Of a DNA stretch of 64,000 nucleotides, positions 57,221 through 64,000 are shown in pieces. How positions within the stretch are numbered: position 1 is the stretch's first letter; each line of letters opens with the position of its first letter. Source of the DNA: Bacteroidaceae bacterium (GTDB taxonomy: Bacteria; Bacteroidota; Bacteroidia; Bacteroidales; Bacteroidaceae). A model generated the notes under the pieces. It ran no database searches. It had not been told where the DNA came from and saw only the letters and a program-made list of their open reading frames with translations. The position numbers and the translations under genes are program-made. The stretch is taken from assembly GCA_017557635.1 (NCBI GenBank), contig JAFYYH010000021.1, positions 110,363 to 174,362 on the forward strand. Reading direction: 5' to 3'.

Positions 57221-59544
57221 TAAAGAAACTGACAAGAGGAGCCATTATCGCAATCACTGCGGTAATGCTCCTTTTGCCTTTTAATAAGGTCTGTGCGGGC
57301 ATACCCGTAGGTACTTGGAGAGCACATCCTGCCTACAATGACGCCACTTTCTCACTCAAGGCTTTCGGTTACGTATGCGTACTCAGTGACGGAGCCTTAT
57401 ATTTCTATGACCCTTCAGACAACGGTCTTTACACCATTGACAAAACCGGAGGACTGGGTGATACCGACATTTCGGCAATAGGTTACTGTGAGCCTGAAAA
57501 AGCTGTCATCCTTGTCTATTCAAACGGTAACATAGACCTTCTTTACGACGATTTTACCATATACAACTTCACGGACATAAAGAACAACAGCACCGGAAGC
57601 GTATCGGTCAATGAACTCAAAGTTACAGGCAGCAAGGCATACATATCTACCAATATCGGACTCATTGTCTTTGATATCAAACGCCGGGAGATAAGCAATA
57701 CATACAGGTTCGATACGCAGGTCCATTCATCGCTTATACTGAACGACAGCATTATCTGTTCCACTGACGGCGGAATGTATCTTGGCCTCCTTTCAGACAA
57801 TCTTCTGGACAACAGCAAATGGAAACTGCTGCGCAACATAAAATTCCGTAACCTGTTTGAGTTTGACGGTGAACTTACCGGATACTCTTTCGATAACCGC
57901 ATACTGACAGTAGACCGCAACACTATCGGAATAACATCGGTCGTAAAGGAAAAGGTGACCGGAGTTTCATTTCAGAATGACGGCCGATTGACACTTATCC
58001 AGGATACTGCAGTTACATTCTACAATACTCTTTCTGACTTTTCAGAGTTTGTTTTCCCCTCACATGTCAATCATATCATGACCGACGGGAACAATATCTG
58101 GGCAAGTCAGGGTGTCTTGGGATTATGTCAGTATTCGTCCGCTGACGATATGCTGATAATGAAGGCCAGAGGCATTAAGCCGGACAGTCCCAGACGCAAC
58201 TGGTTCCATTCCGTTTCATGGCCTCAGAGCGGCAGGTTACTTGTTGTGGGAGGTTGTCATAATTACTCCGGAATTGATTATCCCGGAACGGTTATGATTT
58301 ATGAGAATGACCGATGGAGATATCTTGATGAAGACATTGAATCAAAGACAGGAATCAAATACCAGAACCTTACTGAAGCCATCCAGGATCCTGATGATCC
58401 GGATCATATTTATGTAGGTTCAACCGGTCAGGGTCTTTATGAATTCAGGTCAGGCAAATTCGTTAAACTGCATACTTGGAGTAACAGTGGTCTGACAAGT
58501 ATTCTTAATAACTCGGAGATGATTAAGAATATCTACGTCAGGATAAGTGCTCTTCAATTTGACAAAGACGGTAACCTGTGGATGGCAAATAATGAGACCG
58601 ATACCATTATCAAGGTTCTTCAGAAAGACGGAACATGGTTCGGACTCTATTATAATGAGATTGCAAAACTGCCTACTTTCAAACAACTCAGGTTTGACGG
58701 CAAAGGCAGAGTTTGGATTAATTCATCACGTTATATTGCCGGTTTGGTTTGTATAGATACAAAAGGTACTTTAAAGGATAACTCAGATGATCTTATAAAG
58801 TTCTCAGGTCCTTACTTTGTAAATCAGGACGGTAATACTGAAGAGGTCTCAAATCTTACTTTCTATGAGACAGACCTTAACGGTGAAATGTGGATTGGAA
58901 CCAACAGAGGTCTGTTTGTATTGAAGGATCCTGACAGTTTCATTACCGATGACAATCCTGTTTTTGAAAGAATAAAGATATCACGTAATGACGGTTCCGG
59001 ACTGGCTGATTATCTTTTCAGCGGTGTTTATACTACAGCCATTTATATTGATCAGGGTAACCGTAAATGGATAGGTACTCTTGATGACGGCGTATTCCTT
59101 TTAAGCTCTGACGGAACTCAGGTTTTGGAGCATTTCACAACATCAAACAGCCCGCTTCCTTCAAACAATATACTGAGCATAACAGAAAATGGTCAGGATG
59201 GCTCTTTATTCTTTGGTACAAGCCTTGGAATGGTTGAATACGGGGGACAAGCCAGAGATCCTGAAGAAAGGCTCTCAGAGTCAAATATTCTTGTTTATCC
59301 GAATCCTGTAAAGCCTGATTTTGACGGTTATGTTACAATAACAGGTCTTACTGAATTCAGCAGCATAAGAATAATGTCAAATTCAGGACATCTTGTCCAT
59401 ATGGGTACATCAAACGGAGGTTCATACAGCTGGAACCTTACTGATATGAACGGACGCCAGGTACCTTCAGGAATCTATCACGCAATAATTACAAATCAGG
59501 AAAACAACAAAAGTGAAAGTACATCCATTACCGTCATCAGGTAA
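57217..59544 (+). CDS. porZ: double beta-propeller protein with T9SS C-terminal sorting domain, PorZ-like
   Basis: 775 aa. Signal peptide. Repeated Reg_prop-like strands ([37 protein letters not shown]). C-terminal ~80 aa [19 protein letters not shown]...[10 protein letters not shown]...ITVIR matches the T9SS CTD pattern. Size and architecture match PorZ. Confidence 0.5.
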   Translation: MIKKLTRGAIIAITAVMLLLPFNKVCAGIPVGTWRAHPAYNDATFSLKAFGYVCVLSDGALYFYDPSDNGLYTIDKTGGLGDTDISAIGYCEPEKAVILVYSNGNIDLLYDDFTIYNFTDIKNNSTGSVSVNELKVTGSKAYISTNIGLIVFDIKRREISNTYRFDTQVHSSLILNDSIICSTDGGMYLGLLSDNLLDNSKWKLLRNIKFRNLFEFDGELTGYSFDNRILTVDRNTIGITSVVKEKVTGVSFQNDGRLTLIQDTAVTFYNTLSDFSEFVFPSHVNHIMTDGNNIWASQGVLGLCQYSSADDMLIMKARGIKPDSPRRNWFHSVSWPQSGRLLVVGGCHNYSGIDYPGTVMIYENDRWRYLDEDIESKTGIKYQNLTEAIQDPDDPDHIYVGSTGQGLYEFRSGKFVKLHTWSNSGLTSILNNSEMIKNIYVRISALQFDKDGNLWMANNETDTIIKVLQKDGTWFGLYYNEIAKLPTFKQLRFDGKGRVWINSSRYIAGLVCIDTKGTLKDNSDDLIKFSGPYFVNQDGNTEEVSNLTFYETDLNGEMWIGTNRGLFVLKDPDSFITDDNPVFERIKISRNDGSGLADYLFSGVYTTAIYIDQGNRKWIGTLDDGVFLLSSDGTQVLEHFTTSNSPLPSNNILSITENGQDGSLFFGTSLGMVEYGGQARDPEERLSESNILVYPNPVKPDFDGYVTITGLTEFSSIRIMSNSGHLVHMGTSNGGSYSWNLTDMNGRQVPSGIYHAIITNQENNKSESTSITVIR

Positions 59545-59985
59545 TAATGTATATGTATGTTTTTCTTTTTAATTCTTCTCTATTTTGTTGTTTATAGGCT
59601 GTTGAAACTGTTGATATCTTTTTGCCTTAAACAGAATATTTATTTATCAACTTGAAACATAGTTTTTAAACAGGTATATAAACAATTTAAATTATTATAT
59701 ATCAATTAAATAAGAAGAAATAAACAATTTGTGTTGATATTGAATTTTATATTATTCCAGTCATTATACAAATTGTCTCTGTTAATTCCCTGTTTGTAAA
59801 AACTCATATAAAAATTGAATCTCAACAGGCTTTTTTCAGAATTTGTTTCATATCGGACTCTATTTTGGAAAAGCAATTTTTAAGTTCACTTTTTTTGTTT
59901 TTCTTTTGAACACTTATTTACACTGTTTTCAACAGGAATAGTCACTTAAATGAACTAATTTTACACCGTCAAACTCAGTTATCAT
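59545..59985. other. 441-nt AT-rich noncoding region with reiterated TGTTGA/TCAACA motifs
   Basis: Hand count gives 86 G+C in 360 nt (59581-59940), about 24%, against roughly 45-60% in flanking genes. There is no ORF of 60 aa or more. TGTTGA occurs at 59600, 59609 and 59732, and TCAACA at 59822 and 59929. Palindrome CTGTT-TTC-AACAG at 59923-59935. Confidence 0.8.
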
Positions 59986-60528
59986 ATGAGAAAGCTTAAT
60001 GTAACGGAACTTGGCAGAATTGACGTTGAACAATTCAAGAACAGCCGTAAACTGCCTCTTACCATTATATTGGACGATGTAAGGAGCCTTTATAATGTAG
60101 GATCAGTGTTCCGTACATCGGATGCTTTCAGAGTTGAACGTATAATACTTTGCGGAATAACCGCCACTCCTGATAATTCACTGGTTGAGATACATAAGAC
60201 TGCACTTGGTGCAGAGGAGAGTGTTGAATGGATTTACTCTCCGGATTGTGTCAGTGTTGTCAAAGAACTGGGTGACAAAGGTTATATAACCGTTGCCGTA
60301 GAACAGGTTGAGGATAGCATAAAGCTGGATAACCTTGTTGTTGATAAGACCAGGAGATATGCACTGGTTTTGGGTAATGAGGTAAAAGGTGTGGGTCAGG
60401 ATGTGGTTGATATCTGCAATTACTCACTTGAAATACCTCAATACGGAACAAAACACTCACTGAACGTATCAGTGAGTGCAGGTCTTGTTATCTGGGAGTT
60501 TGCCCGTCAGCTGAAGGATATTTTTTAA
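59986..60528 (+). CDS. TrmH/SpoU-family RNA 2'-O-methyltransferase
   Basis: 180 aa. LVLGNEVKGV and IPQYGTKHSLNVSVSAGLVIWEF (SPOUT knot) motifs. Confidence 0.85.
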   Translation: MRKLNVTELGRIDVEQFKNSRKLPLTIILDDVRSLYNVGSVFRTSDAFRVERIILCGITATPDNSLVEIHKTALGAEESVEWIYSPDCVSVVKELGDKGYITVAVEQVEDSIKLDNLVVDKTRRYALVLGNEVKGVGQDVVDICNYSLEIPQYGTKHSLNVSVSAGLVIWEFARQLKDIF

Positions 60529-63359
60529 TGAGCTTCGAGCCAGTTGTTACCCCATCCGCAATCAGCGATAAGAGGTACTGACATAGGCCATGCCTTCTGC
60601 ATCTCCTCAATCACAATATTCTGAACTTTCTCTTCCTCGCCGGGAACTACGTTGAAGTTCAATTCATCATGTACCTGAAGTATCATGGTTGACTTGATGT
60701 TCTCCTGTCTGAAACGGCGGTAGATTGCAATCATTGCGATCTTGATGATATCGGCCGCACTTCCCTGAATGGGAGCGTTGATGGCGTTGCGCTCGGCAAA
60801 ACCTCTGACTGTTGCGTTGTGTGAGTTGATATCAGGCAGGTAACGCTTGCGTTTGAGTATGGTTTCAATATAACCTTTTGCACGGGCATCCTCTATGGAG
60901 CGGTCCATATAGTTCTTTATGCCGCTGTATGTCTTGAAATAGTTTTCAATCAGTTCTTTGGCTTCGGTTCTGCTTACACCCATACGCTGTGCCAGACCAA
61001 AGGCCGATATTCCGTAAATGATACCGAAGTTAGCGGTCTTGGCCTTGCTGCGCTCACTCTTGGATACCTCATCGATTGTCTTGTGGAATACCTTGGCGGC
61101 AGTAGCTGCATGGATATCATGTCCCAGTTTGAAGTCTTCGATCATATTCTGGTCCTGACTCAGATGAGCCATGATGCGGAGTTCAATCTGTGAATAGTCG
61201 GCACTGAAGAACTTGCAACCGGGTTCAGGGATGAACGCCTTGCGCACCTCCTTTCCGTCCTCGTCACGTACCGGTATATTCTGCAGGTTGGGATTGCTTG
61301 AACTGAGTCGGCCGGTGGCAGTCACAGTCTGGTTGTATGATGTATGAATCTTGCCGGTGGCAGGATTTACCAGCAGCGGCAGTGCATCGACATATGTTCC
61401 CAGGAGTTTCTTGAGTCCGCGGTACTGCAGTATCAGGTCCACGATCTTGTGTTCGGCCCTTAGTGATTCCAGTACATCCTCGGATGTAACATACTGACCG
61501 GTCTTTGTCTTCTTGGGTTTGTCCACAATCTTCATGCGGTCAAACAGTATGTCACCTACCTGTTTTGGTGACAGTATGTTGAAAGGTGTGCCGCCGGCCT
61601 CCTGGTAAATCTCTTTTTCAAGAGTCTCCATACGCTGGGTGAAATGTCTTGAAGTTTCAGCCAGGGCAGCGGGGTCAATCATAGCGCCGTTTCGTTCCAT
61701 ATAGGCAAGCACCTTTACAAGCGGCATCTCGACATCACGGAACAGAGGTGTGGTTCCGTCCTTTTCAAGTTCCTTCTCCAGAATGGACTTGAGTTGGAGG
61801 GTTACATCGGCATCCTCACATGCATATTCATATACGGCTGTCGGACTCAGGTCTGCCATGTTCTTCTGACCGCGCCCCTTCTCTCCTATGAGTTCCTCAA
61901 TATGGACGGTCTTGTAACCAAGGTAGATCTCGGCCAGGTAGTCCATGTTATGGTGGAGTTCGGGTTGGATCAGGTAATGGGCAATCATGGTGTCAAAGAG
62001 AGGACCCTCCACCTGAATTCCGTAGTTACCCAGAATCAGTATGTCATATTTTATGTTCTGTCCGATCTTGAGAGTTGATGGATTTTCAAAGACGGAGCGG
62101 AAAATCTCAAGCATCCTCTGCTTGCCTTCCCTTTCGGCCGGCATTGCCACGTACCATGCTTCATGTTCACGGAGTGCGATGCTCAATCCTACTATTTGGG
62201 CCGATATCGCATCAGTTCCGGTGGTTTCAGTGTCAAAACAGAAAAAATCCTGTGTAGCGATTTTAAGGGCTAACGTTTCAGCATCTTTTTCAGTTTCAAT
62301 CAGATAGTAGTCATGCTGCGTGTTTTTAATGTCCTTGAGATTTGAAAATTCCTTAGCAGGCTGTGCATCTGCCTGGAATAAATCAAAGAGATCGCCATGA
62401 AAACCGTCATTTTTGGGCTGTTTGGGCTGGGCGGTCTGTTCGGTCTGTCCGGCATCGGCTGCGGTCTCCGGGAAGAGTGAAGGAGCGGTTTGCTTTGACC
62501 TTACCCGATTGATAAGAGTCCGGAACTCCAGGTCTTCAAAAATCGGAAGCAGTTTCTGCTCGTCGGGTCCCTGGAATTTCAGAGACTCCATGTCAAGGTC
62601 GATGGGAACATCGGTCCTTATGGTTGCAAGCAGCCGGCTGAATTTTATCTGTTCGACATTGCCTTCGACTTTCTCCTTGAGCGCACCTTTCAGTTTGTCG
62701 GTGTTGGCAAGCAGTCCGTCAATTCCTCCGAACTCGGTTATGAGTTTGACGGCTGTTTTTTCGCCGATGCCCGGGCAGCCGGGAATGTTGTCGGAGCTGT
62801 CACCCATCAGACCGAGCATGTCGATTACCTGGCAGGTGTTGTCAAGTCCGTATTTCTGCTTGACCTCCTGGGGGCCCATTATCTCATAGCCGTTGTTACC
62901 GTAACGCGGGCGGTAGATAAGTGCCCTGTCTGTGACCAGCTGGCAATAGTCCTTATCGGGCGTCATCATGTAGGTGGTAATGCCCTTCTCATCGGCCTTT
63001 TTTGAAAGTGTGCCTATTACGTCATCGGCCTCGAATCCGGCCACCTCAAGTACGGGGATGCGGTATGCCTGAAGTATCTGCTTGATTACGGGCACTGACT
63101 CACGGATAACCTCGGGGGTCTCCTCACGCTGGGCCTTATACTCCTTATAGAGTTCATGACGGAAAGTGCCTCCCTTTGGATCAAAAGCTACGCCTATATG
63201 GGTGGGCTTTTCATTGGTCAGAATATCCTCAAGGGTGTTCACAAAGCCCAGAACGGCCGATGTGTTGAAGCCCTTAGAGTTTATCCTGGGCGCCTTGAGG
63301 AAGGCGTAGTAGGCCCTGTATATAAGTGCGTATGCATCAAGCAGAAACAGTTTGTCCAT
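60525..63359 (-). CDS. polA: DNA polymerase I
   Basis: MDKLFLLDAYALIYRAYYAF 5'-nuclease N-terminus, ADYSQIELRIMAH and LQVHDEL polymerase motifs. 944 aa from ATG 63359. The ORF-track start 63503 is a run-on. Confidence 0.95.
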   Translation of the reverse strand: MDKLFLLDAYALIYRAYYAFLKAPRINSKGFNTSAVLGFVNTLEDILTNEKPTHIGVAFDPKGGTFRHELYKEYKAQREETPEVIRESVPVIKQILQAYRIPVLEVAGFEADDVIGTLSKKADEKGITTYMMTPDKDYCQLVTDRALIYRPRYGNNGYEIMGPQEVKQKYGLDNTCQVIDMLGLMGDSSDNIPGCPGIGEKTAVKLITEFGGIDGLLANTDKLKGALKEKVEGNVEQIKFSRLLATIRTDVPIDLDMESLKFQGPDEQKLLPIFEDLEFRTLINRVRSKQTAPSLFPETAADAGQTEQTAQPKQPKNDGFHGDLFDLFQADAQPAKEFSNLKDIKNTQHDYYLIETEKDAETLALKIATQDFFCFDTETTGTDAISAQIVGLSIALREHEAWYVAMPAEREGKQRMLEIFRSVFENPSTLKIGQNIKYDILILGNYGIQVEGPLFDTMIAHYLIQPELHHNMDYLAEIYLGYKTVHIEELIGEKGRGQKNMADLSPTAVYEYACEDADVTLQLKSILEKELEKDGTTPLFRDVEMPLVKVLAYMERNGAMIDPAALAETSRHFTQRMETLEKEIYQEAGGTPFNILSPKQVGDILFDRMKIVDKPKKTKTGQYVTSEDVLESLRAEHKIVDLILQYRGLKKLLGTYVDALPLLVNPATGKIHTSYNQTVTATGRLSSSNPNLQNIPVRDEDGKEVRKAFIPEPGCKFFSADYSQIELRIMAHLSQDQNMIEDFKLGHDIHAATAAKVFHKTIDEVSKSERSKAKTANFGIIYGISAFGLAQRMGVSRTEAKELIENYFKTYSGIKNYMDRSIEDARAKGYIETILKRKRYLPDINSHNATVRGFAERNAINAPIQGSAADIIKIAMIAIYRRFRQENIKSTMILQVHDELNFNVVPGEEEKVQNIVIEEMQKAWPMSVPLIADCGWGNNWLEAH

Positions 63360-63415
63360 ATAGAGAGTATTGATACGTAAAAATACAAATTTTTCTTCAA
63401 ACGGACATTTATTGC

Positions 63416-63423
63416 TAATTTTG
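63416..63423 (+). promoter_or_regulatory. Bacteroidota -7 promoter box (TAATTTTG)
   Basis: TAnnTTTG match 8 nt upstream of ATG 63432. Confidence 0.4.
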
Positions 63424-63431
63424 CGCCCGAT

Positions 63432-64000
63432 ATGGATTACATAAAGCAGATATGTGCTCCCATTGAGCAAGAGTTTGAAGAGTTCCGTAACAGGTACTCT
63501 CAACTGTTTTCATCGGCCAATCCCGGTGTTGACCTGCTGCTCAAATTCCTTCTGGAACGCAAGGGAAAACTGATGCGTCCCATACTTGTCCTGCTGGTAG
63601 CCAAGTGCTACGGGCTGGTCAAGGACAGCACATACCATCTGGCATCGGCCGTAGAGCTGCTTCACCAGGGCAGTCTGATCCATGATGACGTTGTCGACGA
63701 GAGTGACAAGCGCCGCGGTAAGAAGTCTGCCAATGCAGTCTATGACAATAAAATGGCGGTTCTTCTGGGTGACTTTATCGTTTCCATGGCGCTTATCCAG
63801 ATTACCGCTACCGCCAATATCAAGAGTGTCGATGCTTTGTCAACCCTGATAGGAACACTTTCTGAGGGTGAGATAACCCAGCTTAACGCACTTGACAACA
63901 CCACTCTTTCCGAGGATCTCTACTTTGATATCATATCCAAGAAAACGGCTATACTGTTCTCATCCTGCACATCACTTTCAGCCCTTTTGAGCGGTGCATC
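63432..64000 (+). CDS. polyprenyl diphosphate synthase (IspB-like), 3' end outside window
   Basis: Open frame from ATG 63432 to the window end. MDYIKQICAPIEQEF...KLMRPILVLL...LLHQGSLIHDDVVDESDKRRGK contains the first aspartate-rich DDxxD/RRG motif. It is absent from the ORF track because no stop is reached. Confidence 0.85.
   Translation, partial: MDYIKQICAPIEQEFEEFRNRYSQLFSSANPGVDLLLKFLLERKGKLMRPILVLLVAKCYGLVKDSTYHLASAVELLHQGSLIHDDVVDESDKRRGKKSANAVYDNKMAVLLGDFIVSMALIQITATANIKSVDALSTLIGTLSEGEITQLNALDNTTLSEDLYFDIISKKTAILFSSCTSLSALLSGA

Noticed and set aside
59545-59985. Calling the AT-rich gap the chromosomal origin (oriC)
   Set aside because: There is no exact TTATCCACA/TGTGGATAA box, no dnaA/dnaN nearby, no change of gene orientation across the gap, and GC skew cannot be evaluated from one window. 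It is kept as an unexplained finding, not as a feature call.
60525-60528. 4-nt overlap of the convergent stop codons of the TrmH-family gene and polA (TTAA)
   Set aside because: This is a trivial consequence of tight packing. It only implies that no intergenic terminator exists, and there is no evidence of regulatory meaning.
1-64000. Scan for tRNA, rRNA, CRISPR arrays, transposases, integrases, phage genes or known defence systems
   Set aside because: No intergenic region has tRNA- or rRNA-like sequence, no spacer-repeat arrays were seen, and no ORF shows recombinase, transposase or defence signatures (DDE, tyrosine/serine recombinase, restriction-modification, Cas, Abi, retron RT). The only addiction-type module is the ParE/RelE pair.

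Overview
This is a chromosomal segment that looks like a Bacteroidales (Bacteroidota) genome. TAnnTTTG -7 promoter boxes recur 20-40 nt upstream of start codons. There is a propeller protein with a T9SS C-terminal sorting domain, and DUF3098/DUF2723/DUF4294-type genes. I call about 50 genes, most of them housekeeping: ftsX fragment, uppP, truB, queA, folK, metK, purD, ychF, lgt, mutS, leuS, rdgB, polA and a polyprenyl synthase fragment. Two accessory blocks have visibly lower G+C. (i) 2.0-4.5 kb plus 6.2-16.6 kb is a split glycan-biosynthesis locus. It holds a CDP-ribitol module (tarI-tarJ-rpe), a TagF-like phosphotransferase, two GT2s, WbsX, a pyruvyl transferase, a MenD-like ThDP enzyme with an SDR, a flippase and an EamA transporter. 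(ii) 43.85-52.55 kb is an island built around a BlaI/BlaR1-type repressor and protease-sensor pair. The extracytoplasmic end of the BlaR1 homologue is a ~198-aa Cys-terminated domain that three neighbouring secreted paralogues also carry. The island also contains a ParE/RelE-type toxin-antitoxin pair, a duplicated 157-nt promoter/leader/signal-peptide cassette, and a 151-nt GC-rich element with perfect 21-bp inverted termini. There are three noncoding or repeat highlights. metK has a leader containing a terminator (candidate SAM riboswitch). A 441-nt gap has ~24% G+C and reiterated TGTTGA motifs. A 27-nt in-frame tandem repeat gives a KPF[RH]K[ST]EGG tail on a THUMP RNA methyltransferase. I saw no rRNA, tRNA, CRISPR array, transposase or integrase. 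All product calls rest on motif recognition by eye. No searches or folding programs were run.
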